Of a DNA stretch of 64,000 nucleotides, positions 39,324 to 47,942 are shown piece by piece; position 1 is the first letter of the stretch; the number at the start of each line of letters is the position of its first letter. The notes below the pieces were generated by a model. It saw only the letters and a program-made list of their open reading frames with translations, had not been told where the DNA came from and did no database searches. This DNA comes from a bacterium (lineage in GTDB: Bacteria > Krumholzibacteriota > Krumholzibacteriia > LZORAL124-64-63). The position numbers and the translations under genes were made by a program. Location: NCBI GenBank assembly GCA_031441465.1, contig JANOEP010000011.1, forward strand, positions 64,001 through 128,000, read 5' to 3'.

Positions 39324-40198
39324 AGAACCGGAGGCTCCTGCTCGCCGCGGTGCTCGTCAGCCTGGCCGCGACGCCCGTTGCGGCCGGCGATCCGCCGCGG
39401 CGTCTGGTCTCGCTCGCCCCGAGCGTGACCGAGTTGCTCTTCGATCTCGGCCTGGGCGACCGCGTGGTCGGCGTGACGGACTGGTGTCATCGCCCGCAGG
39501 CCGCCCTCGCCGTCGCCAAGGTGGGGGGCCACCTCGATCCCAATCTCGAAGCCGTGGTCGCCCTGCGCCCCGACCTGGTGGTGCTCGAGGTCGCCAACGC
39601 GGAAGCCGCCGACGGGCTGCGCCGCCTGGCGTTGCCGTTCCTGGTGGTGGAGCACCGCGACGTGGCCGGGATCCTCGCTTCGGTGACCCTGGCGGGCGAG
39701 GCTTGCGGCGTGCCCGTGCGCGCGGCCGCCCTGCGCGACAGTCTCGAGGCGCGTGTCGCGGCCGTGCACGACGCCCGCTCCGGCAGCCCGCGCCCGCTGG
39801 CCCTGGTCGTGGTGGGGCGCGACGCGACCGGGGGCCTGCTGCGCGACGTGTACGCGGCCGGCGGCGGCACCTTCCTGGGCGAGCTGCTCGAACTGGCCGG
39901 CGGCCGCAACGCGATCGAGAGCGAGGCGCTGAGCTACCCGCTGCTTTCGCAGGAAGGACTGGTGCGCCTGGCCCCGGAGGTGGTCGTTGACCTCGCGCCG
40001 GAATGCGCCGATGATCCGCAGCGCCAGGCTGAGCTGCGCGCCGCCTGGGACCTGCTGCGCGACGTGCCGGCGGTGCGCGACGGCCGCGTGCGCATCGTGC
40101 TGGACGACGCGGCGCTGATCCCCGGCCCGCGATTCGTCGAGACGCTGGACCTGCTGGCGGAGGCGTTGGATCCCACATGGACGCGAACCGGACCCTGA
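39320..40198 (+). CDS. BtuF-like cobalamin/iron-complex binding protein
   Basis: RLVSLAPSVTELLFDLG..VVGVTDWC, PNLEAVVALRPDLV, PGPR; TTG start overlaps the upstream stop. Confidence 0.88.
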   Translation: MKNRRLLLAAVLVSLAATPVAAGDPPRRLVSLAPSVTELLFDLGLGDRVVGVTDWCHRPQAALAVAKVGGHLDPNLEAVVALRPDLVVLEVANAEAADGLRRLALPFLVVEHRDVAGILASVTLAGEACGVPVRAAALRDSLEARVAAVHDARSGSPRPLALVVVGRDATGGLLRDVYAAGGGTFLGELLELAGGRNAIESEALSYPLLSQEGLVRLAPEVVVDLAPECADDPQRQAELRAAWDLLRDVPAVRDGRVRIVLDDAALIPGPRFVETLDLLAEALDPTWTRTGP

Positions 40199-40983
40199 CC
40201 CCCGTCCTCGACCTGCGCCACTTGCGGCTGGAGCTCGACGGCCGCTCCATCCTGGACGACGTGTCGCTGGCCGTGCGCGAGGGCGAGCACCTGGCGATCG
40301 TCGGACCCAACGGCGCCGGCAAGACCTGCCTGCTGAAGTGCGTCAACCGGATCCTGCACGGCTGGCGCGGCATGATCAGCGTGCACGGCGTCAGCATCGC
40401 CGCCTACTCGCAGCGCGAGCTGGGCCGCCTGGTGGCCTACGTGCCCCAGGTCGGCGGCCGGCCGGCCCCGTTCACCGCCCGCGAGACCGTCCTGATGGCC
40501 CGCTACCCCCACCTGACGCCCTTCGCATCGCCCGGCCTGCGCGACCAGCGCTACGTGGAGGACGCGCTGGCCTTGACCGGGATCGGCGCCCTGGCCGACC
40601 GGACCATGGACACCCTCAGCGGCGGCGAGCGGCAGAAGGTGTTCCTGGCGGCCGCCCTGGCCCAGGACGCGCGCCTGCTGCTGCTGGACGAACCGGCGAC
40701 CTTCCTGGACCCGCGCCACCGCGACGACTTCCGGCGCGTGCTGCGCACGGTCAACCGCCGCAAGGGAGTGACGGTGGTCGAGGTGACCCACGACCTCAAC
40801 TGCGCGGTGCTCGACGCCGACCGGATCTTCGCGCTGAAGGACGGCCGCGCCGCGTTCTGCGGCCCGCCGGACCAGTTCATGGTGCGCGACGTGATGCACC
40901 GCGTGTTCGACCGGACGTTCCTGACCGTGAACCATCCGACGACCGGGCAAACCGTGATCCTGCCGGAGGTGGGCGGGCCGTGA
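40177..40983 (+). CDS. ABC ATPase (BtuD/FepC-like)
   Basis: GPNGAGKT, LSGGERQ, LLDEP, HDLN. Confidence 0.92.
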   Translation: MDANRTLTPVLDLRHLRLELDGRSILDDVSLAVREGEHLAIVGPNGAGKTCLLKCVNRILHGWRGMISVHGVSIAAYSQRELGRLVAYVPQVGGRPAPFTARETVLMARYPHLTPFASPGLRDQRYVEDALALTGIGALADRTMDTLSGGERQKVFLAAALAQDARLLLLDEPATFLDPRHRDDFRRVLRTVNRRKGVTVVEVTHDLNCAVLDADRIFALKDGRAAFCGPPDQFMVRDVMHRVFDRTFLTVNHPTTGQTVILPEVGGP

Positions 40984-41975
40984 AGCGGATCACGATCCTC
41001 GGCGTGACGGTGCTGGTGACCGCGGCGGTGCTCGTCGCGGCGCCGCTGCTGGGCCTGGAGACCATCGACCCCCGGCAGGTGATGGGCGGCGCCGAAGCGG
41101 GGCCCGAGGCCCGCATCTTCTGGTCGCTGCGCGTGCCGCGGGTGATGCTGGGTTTCCTGGCTGGCGCGGCGCTGTCGGTGGGCGGCCTGACCTTCCAGGC
41201 GCTCTTCCGCAACGCGCTGGCCACCCCCTACACGCTGGGCGTCTCCAGCGGCGCCGCGCTGGGCGCCACCCTGGCGATCCGCCTCGGGTTGGTCTTCTCG
41301 GTGCTCGGGATCCCGGCCGTCTCGCTCGCCGCGTTCACGGGCGCGCTGCTGGCGGTCGCGCTGGTCTACGGCCTGGCCCGCGCGCGGCGGGTCGGGTCGG
41401 CCAACATCATGTTGCTGGCGGGCGTGGCGGTGAACTTCAGCTTCGCGAGCCTGATCCTGCTGGTCCACTACACATCCGACGCGGCGGCGTCATTCAACAT
41501 CCTGCGCTGGCTGATGGGCCGGCTGGACACCGTGGGTCCCGACGAGGCCCTGCGCCTGCTGCCGCTGGTGGTCGTCGGCGGCTTCGTCGCGCTGGCGCTG
41601 CACCGCGAGCTGAACCTGATGTCGGTGGACGAGGAGCTGGCCGTCAGCCGCGGCGTCGATGTCGACCGCTACCGCGTGATCCTGTTCGTCACCACCTCGG
41701 TGATGGTCGGGGGCGTGGTGGCCGCCTGCGGACCCATCGGTTTCGTGGGGATGATGGTGCCGCACGTCTGCCGCCTGCTGATCGGCCCGGACCACCGTTG
41801 GCTGGGGCCGATGAGCCTGCTGGCCGGCGGCGCCTTCCTGGTCGTCTGCGACGTGCTGGCCCGCATGCTGGCCGCGCCGGCGGAGCTGCCGGTCGGCGTG
41901 CTGACCTCGCTGCTGGGCGGTCCCTTCTTCCTGTGGCTGCTGGTGGGGCGTCGCGGCGCCGTCGCCGGGGCCTGA
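40980..41975 (+). CDS. ABC permease (BtuC/FecCD family)
   Basis: LRVPRV, FRNALATPYTLGVSSGA, GPIGFVGMMVPH, ELPVG..GGPFF. Confidence 0.92.
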   Translation: MKRITILGVTVLVTAAVLVAAPLLGLETIDPRQVMGGAEAGPEARIFWSLRVPRVMLGFLAGAALSVGGLTFQALFRNALATPYTLGVSSGAALGATLAIRLGLVFSVLGIPAVSLAAFTGALLAVALVYGLARARRVGSANIMLLAGVAVNFSFASLILLVHYTSDAAASFNILRWLMGRLDTVGPDEALRLLPLVVVGGFVALALHRELNLMSVDEELAVSRGVDVDRYRVILFVTTSVMVGGVVAACGPIGFVGMMVPHVCRLLIGPDHRWLGPMSLLAGGAFLVVCDVLARMLAAPAELPVGVLTSLLGGPFFLWLLVGRRGAVAGA

Positions 41976-41999
41976 CCCCCGACGCGAGAGGGAGGCCGC

Positions 42000-42869
42000 A
42001 TGGGCGCGCTGCTGCTGGCCTCGGCGATCTGGGCCTTCTCTTTCGGACTGCTCAAGACCGCGCTGGGCGGCTACGATCCGCTGGCCGTCGCCGCGGGCCG
42101 GCTCGTGCTCTGCCTCGCCCTGTTCCTGCCCTGGTTGCGGCGCGGCCCCGCCGCCCGCGGCGTGCGCCTGCGCCTGGCCGGACTGGGCGCCGTGCAGTTC
42201 GGGTTGATGTACGCCCTCTACATCGCGTCCTTCCGCTGGCTGCCCGCCTACGCCGTGGCCTTGTTCACGGTGTTCACGCCGTTGTACGTCGTGCTGCTGG
42301 ACGATCTCGGCCGCCGCTCCCTCCACGCGCGCCACCTGGCGGCCGCCCTGCTGTCGGTCGCGGGCGCGGCGTGGGTCGCCTGGCAGGCGCTGCCGCCGAC
42401 GCCGGCGTGGCCGGGGATCGCGCTGCTGCAGGGCGCGAACCTGTGCTTCGCGGCGGGTCAGCTGGGGTACCGTCGGCTGCGCCGCACCGAGCCCGCGACG
42501 CAGCGCAGCGAGGCCGGCAACCTGGCCTGGATGTACCTGGGCGCGGCCGTGTTCGCCGTCGCCGCGCTGGCCGCCGCCGGACGGCCCGCGGACCTGCTCG
42601 CCCTGTCGCCGACGGCCCGCTGGGCCCTGCTCTACCTGGGGCTGCTGCCCTCGGGCGTCGCCTTCTACCTGTGGAACCGCGGTGCGGCGCGCGTGGGGGC
42701 GGGCGCTTTGGCGGCGGCCAACAACCTCAAGGTCCCGCTGGGGGTTGTGATCGCCTGGACGGTGTTCGGGGAGCCGGCGCCCTACGCGCGCGTGCTGCTG
42801 GGGCTCGCCGTGGTCGTCGGCGCCGTGCTGTGGGCCGTGGCGCAGGAGAAGAGACCGGAACGGTTGTGA
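42000..42869 (+). CDS. EamA/DMT family transporter
   Basis: About 10 TM helices; IWAFSFGL, YLWNRG. Confidence 0.85.
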   Translation: MGALLLASAIWAFSFGLLKTALGGYDPLAVAAGRLVLCLALFLPWLRRGPAARGVRLRLAGLGAVQFGLMYALYIASFRWLPAYAVALFTVFTPLYVVLLDDLGRRSLHARHLAAALLSVAGAAWVAWQALPPTPAWPGIALLQGANLCFAAGQLGYRRLRRTEPATQRSEAGNLAWMYLGAAVFAVAALAAAGRPADLLALSPTARWALLYLGLLPSGVAFYLWNRGAARVGAGALAAANNLKVPLGVVIAWTVFGEPAPYARVLLGLAVVVGAVLWAVAQEKRPERL

Positions 42870-43008
42870 ACAAAACCCGCTTGTCGGGGGCTGGCGGCGG
42901 GGTTAGTTTTGCGGTCCGAGCATGTCGGCTGCGCACCCGTCGCGGCCTGGGCGCGGGCCGCCCGACGTCGAGAACGGGGATGGCCCCACGGACAAGGAGA
43001 CCCAGACG

Positions 43009-44652
43009 ATGAGCTTCCAGGACCGGATCGAGAAGCTGCTCGCCGGCGGCGCCGTCCGCCGCAACATCCCCCGCGCGGACATGATCCAGGCCTGCGTGGA
43101 CCACGGCGAGGCCATCGTCAGCAAGTGCGGCGCCCTGGCCACCTGGACCCGCCCCGAGTCCACCGGCCGCAGCCCCGAGGACACGCTGCTGGTCAAGCGT
43201 CCCGAAAGCGCCGCGTCCATCGACTGGACGGCCGCCAACAACCGGCCGATCGACCCCGAGACCTTCGACATGCTCATGGACGACGCCCTGTCGACCCTCG
43301 GCAAGGGCCGGCTCCATGTCAGCGACCGCGTCGTCGGCGCCGATTCCGCCTACGCCCTGCCGGTGACGACGATCAGCAACCGCTCCCTGCAGGTCCTGTT
43401 CACCGACAACATGTTCCGCCCCGTGCCGAAGGACATCGGCAAGAGCATCTTCGCCCAGCGGCCGTTCACGCTGCTGGTCTGCCCGCAGGAGAAGCTCGAC
43501 CCGAAGCGCTACGAGGGACGCCTGCGCATCGACCCGAAGCTGGGCCACACCTCGACGATGGTCATCGCCATCGACTTCGACCGCCGCTTCGGCGTGGTCT
43601 ACGGTTCGTCCTACTGCGGCAGCTGCAAGAAGCTGCTGTTCACGGTCATGAACTACATGCTGCCGCCCGAGGGCGTCCTGCCCCTGCACTGCTCCGCCAA
43701 CGAGGGACAGCACGGGGACATCGCGCTGCTGCTGGGCCTGTCGGGCACCGGCAAGACGACCCTCTCGGCCGACCCTTCGCGCGCCCTGCTCGGCGACGAC
43801 GAGCACGGCTGGGGCGACCACGGCGTCGCCAACTTCGAGCACGGCTGCTACGCGAAGCTGATCGACCTGAACCCGAAGAAGGAGCCGGAGATCTTCAAGG
43901 CCTGCTTCCACGAGGCCGATTTCCGCCAGCACGGGTCGATCATCGAGAACGCGATGATGTACCCCGGCGGCACCTTCGACCTGTTCGACGACCGGCTCAC
44001 GCCCAACAGCCGCGGCTCCTACCTGCTGAGCGAGCTGACGAACATCAAGCAGAGCTCGGTGGGCGGTCATCCCAAGACGATCCTGTTCCTGACCGCCGAC
44101 GCCAACGGCGTGCTGCCCCCGGTCAGCAGGTTGACCCGCGACCAGGCCATGCTGTGGTTCCTGATGGGCTACACCAGCAAGCTCGCCGGCACCGAGACGG
44201 GCGTCACCGAGCCCAAGAGCGCCTTCTCGCGCTTCTTCGGCGCGCCCTTCATGCCGCGCAACCCGGACGACTACGCCAGCATGCTCGGCAAGAAGCTCGA
44301 CGAGCACGGCACCGTGGTCTACCTGGTCAACACCGGCTGGAGCGGCGGCGCCTACGGGACCGGCAAGCGCATGGACATCACCCTGACGCGGGCGATGTGC
44401 GCCGCCGCCATCGACGGCTCGCTATCGCAGGTGACCTGCGAGACCGACCCCTACTTCAAGGTGCTGGTGCCGACGAGCTGCCCCGGCGTCGACGATCCGG
44501 CGATCCTCAAGCCCGCCAACACCTGGAGCGACAAGGCGGCCTACGCGGACCGCGCGCAGAAGCTCGCCAAGGAGTTCGCCGCGCAGTGGGACAAGGCCTA
44601 CGCCGACAAGGGACTGGCGCCGGCGATCGCGGCGGCCTGCCCGGGCAAGTAG
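43009..44652 (+). CDS. pckA: Phosphoenolpyruvate carboxykinase (ATP)
   Basis: TGRSP, GLSGTGKTTLS, GDDEHGW, FLTADA.GVLPP, YLVNTGW. Confidence 0.95.
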   Translation: MSFQDRIEKLLAGGAVRRNIPRADMIQACVDHGEAIVSKCGALATWTRPESTGRSPEDTLLVKRPESAASIDWTAANNRPIDPETFDMLMDDALSTLGKGRLHVSDRVVGADSAYALPVTTISNRSLQVLFTDNMFRPVPKDIGKSIFAQRPFTLLVCPQEKLDPKRYEGRLRIDPKLGHTSTMVIAIDFDRRFGVVYGSSYCGSCKKLLFTVMNYMLPPEGVLPLHCSANEGQHGDIALLLGLSGTGKTTLSADPSRALLGDDEHGWGDHGVANFEHGCYAKLIDLNPKKEPEIFKACFHEADFRQHGSIIENAMMYPGGTFDLFDDRLTPNSRGSYLLSELTNIKQSSVGGHPKTILFLTADANGVLPPVSRLTRDQAMLWFLMGYTSKLAGTETGVTEPKSAFSRFFGAPFMPRNPDDYASMLGKKLDEHGTVVYLVNTGWSGGAYGTGKRMDITLTRAMCAAAIDGSLSQVTCETDPYFKVLVPTSCPGVDDPAILKPANTWSDKAAYADRAQKLAKEFAAQWDKAYADKGLAPAIAAACPGK

Positions 44653-44729
44653 TCGTATCATGTAGCTCAGACGCTGCGACGGGCGCCCCCGCGGGGGTGC
44701 CCTTCGCATACCCCCCGGGAGGATCCGCC

Positions 44730-45341
44730 GTGCGCCGCCAGGAACTCGCTTCCGACGACCCCGCCCTGTTCCGCGAAGCCGCCGACCTGTGCGAGGTCGG
44801 GTACCTGGGCCTCGTGACCGCCGACGGCACGCCGCGCGTGGTGCCGCTGAACTTCGCGGCTCTCGAGACCACGATCTACTTCCACGGCGCGCTGGCGGGG
44901 GAGAAGCACGAGCTGCTGAAGGGCGGCGCGCGGGTCAGCTTCCTGATGGCCCTGCCCTACAGCCTGATCCCCTCCTACTGGACCGCGCCGGACCACGCCT
45001 GCCCCGCCACCCACTACTTCAAGTCGGTGGACGCGCGCGGCGTCTGTTCGGTGGTGGAGGATCTCGGGGAGAAGGCCCGCGCCCTGCAGGCCCTGATGCA
45101 GAAGTACCAGCCTGAAGGCAGGCACCGCCCCATCGACGCCGCCGACCCTGTCTACGTCAAGCCCCTGCGCGGCGTCGGGGTGTTCCGCGTCGCGGTCGCG
45201 AGCTGGACCGGCAAGGTGAAGTTCGGCGTCAACGAGCCGGAGCGGATCCGGCGGCTGCTGATCGACGGGCTGCGGGAGCGGGGGCGGCCGCTGGACCTCG
45301 CCACGGCGCTGGAGATCGAACGCACGCTGGACGGGATCTGA
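44730..45341 (+). CDS. Pyridoxamine 5'-phosphate oxidase / NimA-like flavin-binding protein
   Basis: PRVVPLNF, IYFHGA..GEK, ALMQKYQPEG, WTGKVKFG. Confidence 0.85.
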   Translation: MRRQELASDDPALFREAADLCEVGYLGLVTADGTPRVVPLNFAALETTIYFHGALAGEKHELLKGGARVSFLMALPYSLIPSYWTAPDHACPATHYFKSVDARGVCSVVEDLGEKARALQALMQKYQPEGRHRPIDAADPVYVKPLRGVGVFRVAVASWTGKVKFGVNEPERIRRLLIDGLRERGRPLDLATALEIERTLDGI

Positions 45342-45436
45342 TCGCCGGGTATGATCTGATTCCCGCTCCCTGCCGGTTTATGGTACTGGAGAGAGTCTGC
45401 CAAGGTGGCGGCGAACATCGTAAAAGGGATGATGTG

Positions 45437-45712
45437 ATGAGCGAGCCTAGGAACTGCTGGGACGTGATGAAATGTGGCCGTTCGCCCGGCGGCGTCAACG
45501 TCGTATCCAGCGGGATCTGCCCTGCGGCGGTCGACCGGTCGAGCCACGGCATCAACCGGGGACAGAACGCCGGCCGGTACTGCTGGCGGATCGCGGGGAC
45601 TTACTGCCGCGGGCAACGTCAGGGGACCTTCGCCCAGAAGGCGGAGGACTGCGGCAAGTGTTTCTTCTTCCAGCTGGTCAGGTACGAGGAGGCCGAGGCG
45701 CTGACCCTCTAG
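45437..45712 (+). CDS. Small Cys-rich protein with two CW motifs
   Basis: NCWDVMKCGR...CPA...AGRYCWRIAGTYC...CGKCFF. Confidence 0.8.
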   Translation: MSEPRNCWDVMKCGRSPGGVNVVSSGICPAAVDRSSHGINRGQNAGRYCWRIAGTYCRGQRQGTFAQKAEDCGKCFFFQLVRYEEAEALTL

Positions 45713-45721
45713 CGGCTGGCG

Positions 45722-47059
45722 CTAGTCCACGATTCCGATCTCGAAGACCCGCGGCCAATCCTTCCCCGTCACGAAGACCCGCCCGCTCGCCGGATCGACG
45801 GCGATCCCGTTGAGCACGTCCGCCGCGAGGTCCTGCTCGCGCGTCAGCAGCCCGGTCAGGTCGAGCCAGTCCACGACCGCGCCGGTGGCGGGATCGATCC
45901 TTACGATGAAGTCGGTGAGCCAGACGTTGGCCCACACCAGCCCGCCGGCGCATTCCAGCTCGTTGAGCCGCTCCAGCTCGGCGCCGCCCGTGGTGACGGT
46001 CACGCGGCCCAGCTCGGCGAAGGTGCCGGGGTCGCGGAAGAACAGCGTCGAGGTGCCGTCGCTCATGACCAGCCGCGCGCCGTCCCAGGCCAGGCCCCAG
46101 CCCTCGGTCGCGTAGTCGAAGGTGTCCAGGGGGGCGAAGGTCGTCAGGTCGCGCGCGTAGGCGCGGTGGTTCTGCCAGGTCAGCTGCAGGACGCGGTCAT
46201 CGACGACCGCCACGCCCTCGCCGAATTCGTTGGCCGCCAGCGCGACCGACTGCAGCACCGTCCCGGTCGCGAGTTCCACCCGCCGCAGCTCCGAATCGCC
46301 GTAGTGGCCCGTGCCCTCGACCAGCGCGCCGCGGTCCCAGACGAGTCCCTGGGTGAAGGCGCCCGGATCGTGGGGGAACGACGCCACGACGCGCACGCCG
46401 CGGGCCGGTTCGGCCGCGACGAAGGAGCGCAGCGTGATCGTGCGCGCGCCGCCGGTGTCCGGCGTGACGACCAGGGCGCAGTAGTGGACGCCGGGCGCGA
46501 GGCCCGCGCGGTCGGCCGTCACCCAGACCGTGTCGGCTTCGGCCGCGGCGGATCCCGCGGCGGGCGCGGCCGAAGCCCAGGTCGAGCCGACGGTCACCGC
46601 CGCCGTCCAACCCAGTGCGCCGCCGCCGCCGTTGCGGATCACGACCGCCAGCCGCGAGCCGACCAGGCCGAAGCTGACCTGCGGCGTCTCGATCGCCGGC
46701 GACGGAGCGGCCACGTTTAGTGGCAGCCTGCCCGTGACCGCGTCGCGCCCGTCGTCCACGCTCACCGAGACGGTGCACGGCCCGGCCTGCGCCGGCGCGA
46801 TCCAGGCGACGGCGGCCGCGGCGGCCCCTTCGGGGAACACGCCACGGGTCGCGCTCCAGGCGTAGGACAGGGGCTGGCCCTCGGGATCCCCCGCCTGCAC
46901 CGACACGGTCAGCGTGTCGCCGGGGCTGGCCGTCGTCGACGGCGCGGCAGTCAGCGCCGCGATCGCCGGCGGTCGGTTCGCGGGATCGGCATCCAGGATG
47001 CAGCCGGCGACCGCCAGAGCCGCGGCGAGCAGGCAGAAGGTCAACGGTCGGGTTCTCAT
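45722..47059 (-). CDS. Lipoprotein glutaminyl-peptide cyclotransferase with N-terminal Ig-like domains
   Basis: Lipobox VAGC; PHDPGAFTQGL, FGEG, EGWGL, LNELE, VLNGIA, TGKDWP. Confidence 0.9.
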   Translation of the reverse strand: MRTRPLTFCLLAAALAVAGCILDADPANRPPAIAALTAAPSTTASPGDTLTVSVQAGDPEGQPLSYAWSATRGVFPEGAAAAAVAWIAPAQAGPCTVSVSVDDGRDAVTGRLPLNVAAPSPAIETPQVSFGLVGSRLAVVIRNGGGGALGWTAAVTVGSTWASAAPAAGSAAAEADTVWVTADRAGLAPGVHYCALVVTPDTGGARTITLRSFVAAEPARGVRVVASFPHDPGAFTQGLVWDRGALVEGTGHYGDSELRRVELATGTVLQSVALAANEFGEGVAVVDDRVLQLTWQNHRAYARDLTTFAPLDTFDYATEGWGLAWDGARLVMSDGTSTLFFRDPGTFAELGRVTVTTGGAELERLNELECAGGLVWANVWLTDFIVRIDPATGAVVDWLDLTGLLTREQDLAADVLNGIAVDPASGRVFVTGKDWPRVFEIGIVD

Positions 47060-47165
47060 CACTCTCCTCGGAGTTGCCCTCATTGTAGGGGGGATCGGCG
47101 CGGCGGACAACCGTCTGGCCCGCGGCCGGTCCCGAGGTTATGATGGCTCCCGAACAGGAGCGTAC

Positions 47166-47252
47166 ATGACTTCGATCCGCCACATCCCCCTGCCCACCCT
47201 CTACCGGGAGACCGACGCCTTCGCGGGTCTCGTGATGCCGGGCCCCGCCTGA
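47166..47252 (+). CDS. Possible 28-aa small ORF
   Basis: AGGAG RBS then MTSIRHIPLPTLYRETDAFAGLVMPGPA. Confidence 0.3.
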   Translation: MTSIRHIPLPTLYRETDAFAGLVMPGPA

Positions 47253-47331
47253 GCCAAGCCGCAGCACCGCCGCATCACGCCACGCCGCCGGCGCCCCGCC
47301 GGCGGCCGGACCCTGTGCGAAGGAGGATGTT

Positions 47332-47697
47332 GTGAACGACCGCAAGGATCTGATCCGCGCCTACAAGGAGACCGTGCAGCCCGCCGGGATCTACGTCGTG
47401 CGCAATATCATCGAGGGCAAGCTGCTGCTGGGCGCCAGCCGCAACCTGCCGGCCAGCCTCAACGGCCAGCGCGCTCAGCTGCGCTTCGGCGGCCACCGTA
47501 GCCGCGCCCTGCAGTCCGACTGGAACCGCCTCGGCGAGGACGCCTTCGTCATCGAGGTGTACGAGGAACTGAAGCCGTCCGAGGGCAACCGCGAGGTGCT
47601 CCAGGCGGACCTCGAAGCCCTGCTTGCCCTGCTGATCGCCGATCTGCGCCCCTGGGACGAGCATGGCTACCATCCACCGCCGCGAGAGGGGAAGTGA
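47332..47697 (+). CDS. Small GIY-YIG superfamily protein
   Basis: YKE...GIYVVRN, LQSDWNRLGEDAF; AAGGAGG RBS. Confidence 0.8.
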   Translation: MNDRKDLIRAYKETVQPAGIYVVRNIIEGKLLLGASRNLPASLNGQRAQLRFGGHRSRALQSDWNRLGEDAFVIEVYEELKPSEGNREVLQADLEALLALLIADLRPWDEHGYHPPPREGK

Positions 47698-47829
47698 AGG
47701 CACCGGCCTTGCAATTGACCACGACCGTCGCAACTGCTTGATTTTTCAATAGCTTGTACAATTCGCCATGATGGGGGGATGCGCGCCGGCTTATTGCACA
47801 TTTGTCAATTATCTTGATACTACAGATTC

Positions 47830-47867
47830 ATTGTGATATAGTCACAATACTGTCAACATACCGACAG
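47830..47867. promoter_or_regulatory. Palindromic operator candidates upstream of the OmcS-like gene
   Basis: ATTGTGA-N5-TCACAAT (47830-47848) and CTGTC-N8-GACAG (47850-47867) in an AT-rich stretch. Confidence 0.5.
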
Positions 47868-47942
47868 AACTGTTTGTCGCTCTGCATGTTCGGCCCAAAA
47901 CGCATGATTCCCGAACACCGCATTCCAACACGGGGGATTTAG

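Noticed and set aside
47831..47847. Canonical Rex or CRP binding site
   Set aside because: Spacer is 5 nt rather than 6; kept only as an unassigned operator.
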